Notes under the pieces: model-generated
Databases searched by the model: none
Told to the model about the DNA's origin: nothing
What the model saw: the letters and a program-made list of their open reading frames with translations, nothing else
Made by a program: the position numbers and the translations under genes
Part shown: positions 41,761 through 55,730 of the stretch, piece by piece
How positions within the stretch are numbered: position 1 is the stretch's first letter
Layout of the letters: each line of letters opens with the position of its first letter
Assembly (NCBI RefSeq): GCF_009914755.1
Contig: NC_060935.1
DNA length: 64,000 nucleotides
DNA from: the human T2T-CHM13v2.0 reference genome, Homo sapiens
Reading direction: 5' to 3' (one strand)

Positions 41761-42453
41761 TTCCTTTTAGACATTTTTATGTATTATACCTATACACACT
41801 TTAAAAAATTGAATTCAGTGGAGAGAGCTGAATTAAACCTACTCAGTTTAAGGCAAATTGTCATTACCAATCTGCGCAAGGCTTCTCTCTTTTTAAAATT
41901 ATTTTATTTTTTCTTCTTTAATTTCCATATCCCTTCACATCTCCTTTATAGGAACCTCTTTAATGTGTTTGATATCTGTGCTTATTATAGTACGCAATCT
42001 TGTAAAATCTGCTGTGTTATTTCACAACTTTACATGTTTTTAACCTGCAAACACATTGTGTTAAAATATTTATTGTTTCCTAATCTCACTCAACACTTTA
42101 AAAAAATTATCCAGGTAGATTTGTTTCCTCTTACTGCTGAATATTACTTATTTTATGGATCTGCCACATTTTACTTTTCTTGTCTTTTAATGAGGGACAC
42201 TTGGGTTGCCCCCAGTAACCCTCTGCCACAAACAATATGTAAATTAACCTTCCATTTCATGTCCTCTTATGGGTCTAAATGGAAATTTCTTGGAGATATA
42301 TACCCAGAAATGGCATCATTTAGTTAAAAGGCTTCTACATACAGATTACGCTAAATTGTATGAGATTGCTTTCCAAAATGCCTGTACCAGTATTCATTTC
42401 CACCAGCAGTACCTGAGAGTTCTCATCTCCCCATGTCATTGCAATATTTGTAT

Positions 42454-42997
42454 GTATGATGGTTAATTTCATATGTCAACTTGACTGGGCTAAGGGATGC
42501 CCAGATAGCTGGTAAAAAATTATTTCTGGGTATGTCTGTGAGGATGTCTCCAGAGGAGATTAGCTTTGGAACCGGTAGACTGAGTAAAGAAGCTCTCTCA
42601 CCAATGTGGACAGGCATTATCTAATCTGTTGAGACCTGGAATAGAACAAAAAAGGCAGGGGAAGGGCAAATTCTCCCTCTGTTTTCTTGTGCTGGGACAT
42701 CCATCTTCTCCTGCCCTTGGACATCAGACCTCTTGGTTCTTGAGGTTTCCAACTTACACCAGTGGCCTCACTCCATACTGAGACTGGGAGTTATACCATC
42801 AGTTTCCCCGGTTTTCAGTCCTTTGGACTCGGACTGAATTACACCCCCAGTTTTCCTGGTTCTCCAGTTTGCAGACGGCATATCTTGAGACTTACCAGCA
42901 TCCATAATTGCATAAGCCAGTTCCCATAATAAACAAACCAACAAATCTATACATATCCTACTGATTGTGTTTCTCTAGAAAACCCTGAGAAATATAG
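42454..42997 (+). mobile_element. MLT2 (ERVL) LTR within an old L1
   Basis: tgatggttaatttcatatgtcaacttgactgggctaagggatgcccagatagctgg...ctagaaaaccctga. Confidence 0.8.
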
Positions 42998-43372
42998 CAT
43001 GGATTGTCTTCTGATGTTTGCCATGCTGATGGGTATAAAAGTAATATTGTTTTACTTTCCATTACTGGTTGCTGGTGAATTTTGGCATATCTTCATTTAT
43101 TTATTGGTCATTTGAACTTTTCCTAGTGGGCTACACAATTAAAAAGAAGTGAGATCATATTTGTCCATGATCTGCTGATGTGTTTTTTTTTTTTTTTTAC
43201 TTCTCAGTATATTTGGGCATCTTTTGATGCCAATAAATATATCTATGCAACATCATTTTAATATCCTGCACAGTATTTCATTTTATTAAAATGAAATGAA
43301 ACAAATTATGAAACAAATCATAATTTGTTTAACCATTCTTTGCTGTTGGATGTTAAGGTTATTTTGGTTTTG

Positions 43373-43374
<2 letters not shown>

Positions 43375-43404
<30 letters not shown>
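43375..43404. repeat. (GT)15 microsatellite in the tail position of a reverse Alu
   Basis: Perfect repeat directly adjoining the Alu 3' end. Confidence 0.95.
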
Positions 43405-43406
<2 letters not shown>

Positions 43407-43850
43407 CTCACTCTGTCCCAGGTTGGAGTGCAGTGGCACAATCATAGCTTACTGTAACCTGAATACCCGGGCCCGACCAATCCTTCTGACTCAGCCTCTT
43501 GAGTAGCTGGGACTACAGGTGTGCACCACCATGCCCAGCTAATTTTAAAAATATTTTGTAGACTGGGGTCTCACTATGTTGCCCAGGCTGGTCTTGAACT
43601 CCTGGCCTCAAGTGATCCTCCTGTCTTGGCCTCCCAAAGTGTTGGGATTACAGGCATGAGCCACTACTCCTGGCTGAGTGCTAAGATTTTCCCTCTGTGT
43701 TTTTACCATTAAAAATGGCCCCAATATAGCTGGGTGCTGTGGCTTGCACCTGTATTCCCAGCTACAAGGAGGCCGAGGTGGGAGGATCACTTGAAGCCAG
43801 GAGTTCGAGACCAGCTTGGGCAACATAGGGGGATCCCATCTCTAAACAAT
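43405..43850. mobile_element. AluJ (43405-43674, minus) and Alu monomer (43728-43850, plus)
   Basis: Alu sequences arranged head to head. Confidence 0.85.
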
Positions 43851-44053
43851 TTTTTAAAGCCCTCAATGAACATTTTTATGTGCATTCAACTCATCTTTGA
43901 GTAATTTAATGACTATTTTTTAGGATAAATTATTACAAATAAAATTATTGGGTCATTGGGTCTGTACTCTTTTTTGTTAAAGCATTTGAGCCAGATTGCC
44001 TTCTGGAAGGATCAATTTTTACTTCTACTAACAGTATAAAAAAGTCAATTTCT

Positions 44054-44361
<308 letters not shown>

Positions 44362-45118
44362 CTATTTCCTTTGAAACACTGAACATTATTCTTCTTTTCA
44401 ATTAATAATATTATGTCATGTAATAGGTAAACATGGTGTTTCCTATTGCTCTTTAAAAAGTTTTATTCTTTTCTCATGTTTTTGAGACTGTATTTTATAT
44501 CCTTAATAATTTAAAACATTTAGTTTATAGTTTCGTTCTAATAACTCTGCTACCTTTATCTGCTGACTCTTATTCATTGTGATGTATTTCTTCCTATTTC
44601 CTGTAATTTGGGGTTCCGAGCTCATCTTATTAAAGCTTAGTTGATGGTAATTCTGTGTGGACTGGGTTGAGTCCCTTCAGAGAGATTTATGTTTGCTTCT
44701 GCCAATTGTCCCAAGGTTATTACCCATCTGAGACCATTCTTTATATTAATTTCTTAATTTTATGTTTATGAACCACGCAAAAGTGCATCTGTGCTGGTGA
44801 TGTGGGGTGTAGCATTTTGAGAGTCCTTGGATTTACTTGAGTATCTCAGTTCCTTTTCTTCTGTCCCTAAACAAATCTCTGTTACCAAAGGGAGGAAACC
44901 CCTTCCGCAAAGCCCAGGCAACTGCTTTTCAGCTCAAGTTTTCTACTCTGGATTTTAGTTACCTTGGTTTAGTTTTCTGTGGCTTTTCTGTATTTTCATG
45001 GGGTTCAGCTATGCATTTAAAAGGATATTAAGTGTATTTTACTTAGCATTTCTAGATGTTTTATAGTAGCAGGATTTTCAACTTAGTCTGCTATATCACC
45101 AGAAAGAGGAATCAGCAT

Positions 45119-45547
45119 TGTTTAAAAAACAAAACTTTAGACAAATTAAATTTAACATAGTTTAACTGCGTAAAGAAGGATTCATGAATCAGGCAGCCCC
45201 CGAGAGCCAGAGTAAGTTCAGAGCATCTCTGGTGCTGCCACGTGGTTGGAGAGGATTTATGGACAGAAAAACAAAAGTGACATTGAGAAAATGGAAGTGA
45301 GGGACAGAAACAGCCAGACTGGTTACAGCTCTGTGTCTGCCTTTTTAAAACAAGGTTTAAACACTTAGCAACCTGTGAGTAGTTGAAGTATGGCTTCTGT
45401 GATTGGCTGAGACTTGGCTGCTTGTTGCAAGAGTAGGTTACAGTGTGTTTTCACATCGTTAGGTTACCGTTCACTACGTATGCAAAAAGCTTTTGGCCAA
45501 ACTTAAAATATTTAAGGAAGCAGATTTAGACTAAATTTAATTTAACA
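45119..45547 (-). mobile_element. ERV1 solo LTR, MER57 family
   Basis: TG...CA ends and perfect 4-bp TSD GCAT. Minus strand starts TGTTAAATTAAATTTAGTCTAAA, as in remembered MER57. Confidence 0.8.
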
Positions 45548-45654
45548 GCATCAACTCTTCTCACTACTTTAACTTATTTCCATGATTATTAGTGTAGCTT
45601 GAGTATTTTTGATGTCTTCATGATCATTTATATTTCCCCTTATATATATATTAT

Positions 45655-46574
<920 letters not shown>

Positions 46575-49279
46575 TGATGAGGTAGGGATTTAACTTTTAT
46601 TTTCCCCTAAATTGTTAGCCAATTGTCCAGTATTTATACTGAGTAATGCATATTTTCTGTAGGACCTGAGGGTCTTCCTTCATCATATGCACCAGAGGTT
46701 TTTAAACTGTGTTCCACAGAGAGTTTTCCTGAGTTACTTCTGAAGTTTTCTGGGGAGAAAAAGGGGAAGAAAAAAATGCTAGTCTCTCTCTCCAGCTTCT
46801 AGTGGAACATCTCTATTCCTTTTTTGTTTTATTCCTTTTTGTTGGTGCTCCTCGTCAGATTTTATTTGAAGATTTTATTTGAAGAAAGAATTCATCTTCC
46901 TGCAAATCAGTAATATAATAATTCTTAAATAGTAAATATTTAAATTTGTTTCTGGCCCTTTTAATCTCTTCCATTGCTCAGTCTGTCTTTTTCTGCACCA
47001 GTTTTACAACTTAAAAAATTATGAAAGCTTTCAAACGCACAAAAACAGAGAAATAATAATATAATGACCCCCCATATGCTCATCATTAAAATTCAATAAT
47101 TATCATGATATTGCCACATTTGATTCATCTATCCTTTTTTCTTTTTTGTTTTTAAAAAATTTTTTTGCCAAAGTATGTTTTTTCTTTTCTTTCCTGCCTA
47201 TCCTTCTCTTTTCTCTTCTTCCTCTTTCTTTTCTTCTTTTCTTAATAACTTTTTCCTTTTCTTCAATTTTCTTTTGTCCAGTCATCCTATCATATCACCC
47301 ACACATACTTCAGTATGCATCTGTTTTAAAAAAATGAAAATAATGTTTTCTTATGTAGCCAAAATGCTATTGTCACACTTAACATTAAAAATAATTCTGC
47401 AGTATCATCTCATAGCCAGGCCATAATCAACTTTGCCCGATTGCCTCAAAAAATGTCTTTTGACAATGGTTTGTTCAAAATAGAATCCAGACAAATTTGT
47501 TCTATCTCTAGTGTTTCTTTAATCTAGAGCAAGCTCCTCCCACCTTTTGTTTTTGGCCATTGGCTTGTTAAAGAAAACAATGATTTAATAATTGTGATTT
47601 AGAACTGTTATTATCAAGAAAAATCTTGGTTCTCCTCTTCACTCTGCCTGTGTGGACTCAGCCAGAACATCCTGGCCTGCTCACTTGTGGGGGCTTGCCT
47701 GAGGGGAGGTGTGGAGTGGCCAGTGTTGCAGTATTTCTTACATAGAGAAAGGGTATCTTGAAATGTTATTGTTCATGCTTTTCTTTGCTACACTTTTTCC
47801 ACTTGACCTTTTCCCTAGTAAATCAGAGGCATTGCCTTGAGGAGAATTAGGATTGGTACAACCGGAATGCTAACAGAAAGAAACAGTCAGAATGAAACAG
47901 TAAATGTTCAGTTTTCTGACTTTAAAATAGCCTCTTGAAGCCCACATCAAAAACAATAGTTTTGAAAGCCAAAGCCTTTTGTTTGCAGAGAACCAGGTTT
48001 TGTTGAGAGAAGAAAAGGCTCTTGAGAATCAAAAGGGAAGGCCCGGAAGCATCAGGGATTGGGCTTTACCCACACTGGAAAGAGACTAGAGGGAGAGCTG
48101 GACTAAGCCGCCTTCATCCTGGGCGGGGGGAGAGCAGGGACCTATGAGGTTGCAGGGAGGCCTTGGGAAAGAGCCCACAGAGAGGAGGACATCAGCATGG
48201 AGAGACTGCAGATCAGTCCCAGCAAACCTGTGGAGGCCAGTTAAATGCCTGGAGCTCATCCCCTGCCATTCAAGTGAGTCCCACTGTTGCCTGAGCCAAA
48301 GAGCCATGTTAGTTGCTCTTTTTACTACTGCTGGAGATCTTTCATCAATAGCAGCCTGCAAGTCACGCTCAGATGGCCCAGCAGATGTGATACTTGCCTA
48401 AGTCTGGAGTCATTGCTGAACCTTACCCTACCCACATTGCCCTACATGGCAGAGGACACTAATAAGCCACCCCCAACTTCTTAGACCAAAGGGCAGAGCA
48501 ATTAACACCAAAGGGGTGCTAGAGCTGAAGGAAGAGTCACCCACCCCTGTGTTTGGGAGGGACTGGACTCTGGGGAGGCGTACTCCACTACATTCACAAG
48601 TCACAGATGCGGGGGAATCCCCCAGCCTTGTTTTGCTCCTATGTTCAGCTAGTTGGTAACCTTTTGTCTCAATTTAATAGGTTTGTTCCACCAGATAGAG
48701 CAGTGATCCTTAACCTCTTCTGCCTATTAAAGTCATGTGGGGGAAGCTTCAAAAAAAAAAAAAAAACTGACACCGAGCCTTATCCCTAACCAATTGAACT
48801 GGATTGTCTGTGGGTGGGGCCTGATGTCATTGTGTGATTGTGAGTAACATTTTATCTTTGTGAAGCCACTTAACTTTGTTCGGCCTACACATTGTCCCCA
48901 TACAGCTATTTCAAAAATGCACCCTGGTGGTGCTAACAGACTGAGACCAACAGTTTATTTATTTATTCATTTGTTGTAGATTGAGGGTTGTTTCCAGTCA
49001 AACAGCCAGAAATAGAAGGGTTAACTGCAGCCAGTGGGGCAGGTGTTTGGAGAGAAGACAAGCTGCAGGTGATGGGAAGGAGGCCAGCCCCAGCCGAGGG
49101 CAGAGTAACAGACAACAGGTGGTTGTGCTGTAGGGTGTTGGCATCAAGGAGGAACAGCAGGAAATGACAGGGCATCAGGCATGTCAGGGAGCACAGCAGC
49201 GCGCATTCTAGGAGCAAACTATAGGCAGGCCCAAGAGAGGTCCAGCTGGAGGCAGCAGACAGGACTGGAATTATTCCTT

Positions 49280-49642
49280 CTGATGGGCCTGATTGTGTCC
49301 CCTATCCCCATACACCAAATTCATATGCTAAACCCCTAACCCTCAGTACCTCAGAATGTGACTGTGTTTGGAGATAGGGCCTTTAAAGAGGAAATCAAGG
49401 AAAAATAAGGTCATATGTGTGGTCCTCAATCTAATATGACTTGCGTCTTTATAAGAAGACTATGGGAGGACACAGAGAGAAGGCAGCCACGTGCCAGACA
49501 ACTAGAGAGGTTCCCAAAGAAACCAAACCTGCTGACTCCTTGTCCTTGGATTTCCAGCTTCCAGAAGTATGGGAAAATAAATGTCTGCTGTTTAAGCCAC
49601 AGTCTGTGGTATTTTGTTATGACGGTCCTCACAAATGAATGT
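49280..49642 (+). mobile_element. MaLR LTR (MLT1A-type)
   Basis: cctaaccctcagtacctcagaatgtgactgtgtttggagatagggcctttaaagagg... Confidence 0.8.
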
Positions 49643-50392
49643 ACTTCTGTCAAAGGGATTGATGAGAACAGGACCAGGCGACAGGCCTAGAAACGTGGTA
49701 TCGTGGCTGGATTTCAGCACCAGACACGCAACAAGAGTTAGGGAATCAGGACAGGGTAACTGAGTCAGGGCAAACAGGATTTCATTTACTCATTCAATCA
49801 ATGATATTTTAGATCAACAGTCTACTCCACGCAGGGCCCTGTTCTAGACACTGGGTAGCCTGCCATTGCAGCAGTCCAGATAAAAAAATTATGTTCATTT
49901 AGATTAGGAGAATGTCAGTGGCTAGGGTGATCTGACACTCAAACAACCCAATGTGGAGATGATGTCCTTTAAGTCTTCCTGATCAGGCAAGTACCTATTT
50001 GCAGAGGGTTCCAGTAACTTCATTTTCAGAGAGGGAACTGTGGGAGCAGAGACCAGGCAGGTTATTTATAACTAACCCAGGTATATGAATTTTCTCTTTG
50101 AGGGAAAGAAATTTTCAGTTTACAGTTTTCACTGGCACCTAGGTTAGCAAACTTAAGATGTTTGCCAGATGTCTTCATCTCATGCTGTTAAATTTAACAC
50201 ATAACATTCCAACTTGATCTTAACTTTGTTAGTTTTTCTAAAACATCAGTTTCTTCCCAAACCATGTTTCCATGGAAAACACAAGCATTTCCAGGCAATA
50301 ACCCCATCATCTGTGCCACTATAGACAATCATCAGATAAACTTCCTTAATTCATACCACATCTGCTCTTTCAGCCCTGTACGACCTTGAGCA

Positions 50393-50445
50393 TGCACGCA
50401 CACGCACACGCACACACACATACACACACACACACACACACGCAC
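50393..50445. repeat. (CA)n/(CG)-mixed microsatellite
   Basis: Alternating purine-pyrimidine tract. Confidence 0.9.
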
Positions 50446-50859
50446 AGAGAAAACAAAACTCCTAATTATTTTTTCCCAAAATAAGCATCTGACCCAAATT
50501 GCCCTTCCAATTTTCTATTAAATGAAAGACAAATTGTCAGGACCAAATCAGCCAACTTTATTAAAAACTGGGAAGTCTTTCAAAAGCTTTCAGGGTGAAC
50601 TGTCATGTTAAACATGACAAGTAGTTAATAGGGGAGAATTGCATCTATATGGTCCCTGTTTATCTCTTGGCACATTCTGGTAAGTGAAGACTGCTTGGGC
50701 ACAGGCATCTCTCTCCACTTTATCACTATGGAGGACTCTTTCTTCACCCCACTACTTGAAAAATTAAAGCAATGTGAGAGCCCAAGATATGCCAACTGAT
50801 TTCTAGTCTGGCCTTGTTTCATTTGGCAGGCAGGATGGGGGCAGGGAAGTGGTATAGTC

Positions 50860-51085
50860 GAGGACATAGGCTTTGAAGTTAGACAACCTTGAGTTTACAC
50901 AGACTCTCCCTCCTCCTAGCCCTGTAATTATGGGCACATCTCTTAACCCAAGTCTTAGTTTCATTAGCTATAAAATGGGGATAATAATATTTACCTTATA
51001 GGCTTGTTGTAAGGATGAATGATATAACATGGATGAAAGCAACAACCCCTGCCTGGCAGTATAGTATAAGCTCATTAAATGGCAA
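50860..51085 (+). mobile_element. MIR
   Basis: ctataaaatggggataataatatttaccttataggcttgttgtaaggat core. Confidence 0.75.
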
Positions 51086-52432
51086 TTCTGTTTAAGAGTA
51101 ACGACTAAGGATGCTGTGGTTTAAAAAATAAAGAAAAAAAAAGCACCTGCTCTTTCTCAATGCCAGAACACAAAGGTAAAGCAGTGAATATACCATTTCT
51201 CTTTAGATTAATCATCTCTAAAATAAGGACATGGCATCAAGGATCTCAAAGATTCTTCCTCTATGACTCTAGCCTTCTGAGGTCTTATATTCAGGGAGAA
51301 ATGAACATTGAAAAGCGGGAGAAATTAAACCACCTTTCTGACTAGTTCCTTGGGAGACCCAAGCTGTGCTTCATCAGTACTTTCAGTTCCAAAGCGTATA
51401 GGATCAAGTCAGTTCCAGAGAGCAGGGTTTGGATGAGGAGGCCTGGGTGGATAGTACCGGTTAACTCCATAGCTGCAAAAACAATTCTTTCTTCACAGTA
51501 ATACAATGATAGCAAAGGGGACATTTGACCTTTTCAAGATTTTTAAAATGCAAAATACAAGGTATGCACATAATCTTGTTTACTGACTGATCCTTTAAAA
51601 AATCTGGCATATTAATAATTCCACTTAAAATACTGAAGATGGGAGCCAGAAGGAAACTTGTTCTTTCTATACAATGACTGAGAAGGGAATTCTAATGAAT
51701 ATTTTGGCACACATATCTCATTTTCTGGCTGCTTTAGGACCCAAGAGCCAGTAGGTCATAATTAAAGCCAATAATGGCAACTCCAGACAGCCCAAATATT
51801 TTCCTGGTGCTGTCAATTCACTGCATTAAATGTTTTAACATCATTTTTTGGGGAGTGTAGAACATACGCACAGAGGGGGAATTAAATGTTGATGTGAAAT
51901 TTGGAACATTTGCTGCAGGTTGCTCCAAAAGATATTGTTTATTACATTCAAAGGAATTATACAATGTTTTCCTTATTAGATAATCTTAAATGACCCTTTC
52001 TGGGCTGAGAGCTGTGAAGTGTGTCCTTAAGTTGTCAGAACAAAATCATATTTTCTGCAGAAAAAGAAAACAAAAAACATGTTTGGGGCTGAGGCTGCAT
52101 GTCATGTAAATAAATGAACGTCTTCTACCTCCACTGGATCTTCAGGAATGTTCTCTTTGGTCACCAGGAGTTGTGTTGCTACAGAGTTAAAGCTACTCAC
52201 TTTTCTGTCAACTCTACTTCCAAAAAGAAAACCCACAAATATATGTTTGCAAAATCTGTTTGGGATCCTGGAGACAAGGTCCTTAACTTTATCTTTTTCC
52301 TGAACAAGTTTCATACTTAAAAAAAATAATAACAATTAAAATTCCTCCAGCCCTACCCCCACCTTCTTCCATCCTTCCATTTCTACTTTAAATGATAAGA
52401 AAGTTTCCTCTTGGATGGAAATTAAACATCTC

Positions 52433-52942
<510 letters not shown>

Positions 52943-55624
52943 TGACCAGTCACTTCTTAAAGGCAAAACTGGATTTGCTCTGCAAAACAATTCAGCAAAA
53001 ACTTGGGTTCCAACTCTGGTGCTACACTGTGACAATGGAAACTTTCCAGCTACAACTTGGAAGTTGGGAGCCAAGCACAATACTAAGTCAAGGAAGGTAT
53101 TTGAGGCCAAAGCAGACAGTGGTCTTGGCACTGCCTGCTCCTGAGCCCAAGCTGCAGCAGCTGTGGGGTGGTGATGCAGCTTTCAGAGATCTCTAAATCT
53201 CTAAGTACACCAGAAACCAGATTTTATTAACTCCCCTTTTCCACTTTTTTTTGCCCCTACATTTCTGCCATGGATTATATCATAATAGATGGTGAAAATG
53301 CTGTGAGGTGTATACTCAATTCCTAGGCATTCTTCCACTTAATCATACTCAGTTTTCTTTGAGGGCCTCCACATTGTAAATGAGCAACACCTTGATACTG
53401 GGAAAATGAATATGAAACTCAGGGCCACAGCCTCTGTGATCTGGTCATTCTGGGGCAGTCATTTTCCTACTTGGCCTACAGAACCAGGCAGGTCTCTGGC
53501 CTGGGGGTGGCGGGTGATGTTGTATTCTCTTGTCAAAGTGCACAGAGCCCACTCTGAGAAGATGCTATACTCTTCACGTTACAAGACGGCAATATGCCCG
53601 TTTCTGGGCCAATTGGCTGACTCAGAGATGAGGAGATTATTCCGTGACACTTTGTTTTCATTCCAGTCCAAAGGGCAAAAAAAAAAAAAAAAAATGTAAA
53701 ACTCTGCTGCCACCTGCTGTTTCTTTAGGAATAAATTCTTGAAACGGTTCTAGGTTGATTGTATATTGGTTATCTTAGCCAAGTGCCTTGGTGGTGAATT
53801 TGGGGGATTTTGGAATATAAGTTTATGTAGTTGTGTACCAACTGGACTGTCATTTCCTAGGATGAACTGTTGGACCACATGGGTGGCTTCTCTCTTTCAG
53901 TCCATTAAGTCCTGCCTCCCTCATCCCTTGCTGAGACTCAAGGGCAGACTCCTTGATCCCAGACAACTTTCCAAGGGAGTTCACGCAAGGCTCTGACCAG
54001 TGAGGCTCCAGAGCAAAACCCAGGAGGCTTATAGGTTTAAGTGTCTTTTCTTTATGGGCCAATGATGTCTGAAAACTGTAGCAGTAGGTAAATTCCCCAA
54101 GCACAGACTATTCTCTGCTGGGTGTCAGTGGGTGGTATTGGAAGTGCCTCTCAGAAGTGCTCTTCTCAGCTTGAGGTTCATTTGTGATGAGGTTCATTTG
54201 TGGTGTCTCCAGATGTTTTATCTTTGTCTTCCTTGAGGAAACTGAGGCAGATTAAGGAAGACGAGTGTCCAGGAAAGTAAAGGCTAGCTCCATTTGAATC
54301 ACACCCAGGTGAGAATACTTGAGCTCAGGTTAGATGATGAGAGGGATGAGGAAAACAGTGGCTCCTCGGAGCTCAAATAAAGAGCACTGGAGCATTAATA
54401 TAGTCATAAGCTTAGATGGGCTTGATAAAGCCCTTAGTCATCTTATTGGAGGCATCCAGAGGACAGAGGCTGCCTTGCCTTGACTATATTAGTGGCTTGT
54501 TGCTGCTCCAAATCAGAAAGTGGGATTTTCCTTTTTGCCTTCTTTGGGAAGATCCATTTGTATGTAAATGAGTTCTTTTTGATTGCAGTCATTGTTGTAG
54601 CTGAGAATTCTTTCAACCAAGATCTTTTTCTTGGCAGAGATTACTGAGTCTATTAAGTGTGTTTTCATATAATTCTAAGTGACTTTTTAGATGGACACAG
54701 AAAGAAGTGTTAAGGAAATGACCCTTGGTCTTTTCTCCTATCAAAGAGAAAAGGCATTTGAGTGGTATCGATAAGCATTGAAGGTAACTGATGGCTTATC
54801 ACTGTGTCTGGCATTATAGCTGGCACATTTATTGACTGAATGGTCAAACTTATCACCCGTTGTTCTTCCCAGAAGGTTCGTGAGACCTGTTGGGGAGGGA
54901 CGGGGATAGAAAGGAACAGAAGGAAGAGTCTCAGAGTTAATCAGGTGGAAAGTCTGTAAGTGGAGTGAACCATGGGAGCTAGAATGCTATGGTAGGACCA
55001 AAATTAATACTGTATATGTCAAAATAAATGTGTATTACTTATAAAGTATATACAGTTCCTAAAAATTATCAAACAAGGTTATTATGTACAACATTTCTCC
55101 CTTCTGTGTCTCATTCCCTAAATATTATGATTGTTAACATATTGCACAAGCTTGACCATGTTTATGCTTCATGTATTTTCTTGTTTATGTCCCCGTTGTT
55201 CTCCCTCAGTATTTTGTAAAGGCTTTGGAAAAGTTCCAGCCTATCTCAGCTATGTGAAGAAGAGTTCAGGGAAGGAGTTTGTATAACACTAAAGAAATGT
55301 CAGTATCTCCTCACAGGTAGGGGCTGACATGATGCCACGGCAATGGGAAATGAAGTGGGAAACCCGAAGCAGGAAGGAAAACTCAGGAGAACTGGGTTGG
55401 GATAGTGGTTTCAGCTTCTCCTCGCCTCCTAAAGAGTCTCTTGATAGTTCTCAGGCCTTGAAGGTTCTGCCTGCCCCCAGGTTCCCCACCCCAGGAAAAT
55501 AAGCAACTTCTCAGGAGAATAATGAGGTTGGTGTTTACCTTTGTGCTTCATTTGAGTAGCATGAGAGCACCCCATTCCTCACATCTGTTCATTCTTCTCC
55601 CCTTAGAAATCTTGTCTCAGCTGA

Positions 55625-55668
55625 AAGGTCAGAGCTAGAAGCCCCAATCTGCTTCTAGCTCTGACCTT
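55625..55668. repeat. Perfect 18-bp inverted repeat with 8-nt spacer
   Basis: AAGGTCAGAGCTAGAAGC-cccaatct-GCTTCTAGCTCTGACCTT. Confidence 0.95.
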
Positions 55669-55676
55669 CTGGCTTT

Positions 55677-55730
55677 GTCAGGAATCCCTATGAATTTGTG
55701 CTGTTGATTTTCTTTGAACTAAATACAGAA
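55677..55730 (+). repeat. 54-bp dispersed duplicate of 59628-59681
   Basis: 51/54 identical by eye. Confidence 0.9.

Noticed and set aside
41779-42327. 182-aa AT-rich ORF
   Set aside because: Overlaps degenerate antisense L1 sequence, with biased composition and no recognisable homology.
55625-55668. Hairpin as a pre-miRNA
   Set aside because: An 18-bp stem is too short for a canonical Drosha substrate and no extended pairing is evident.
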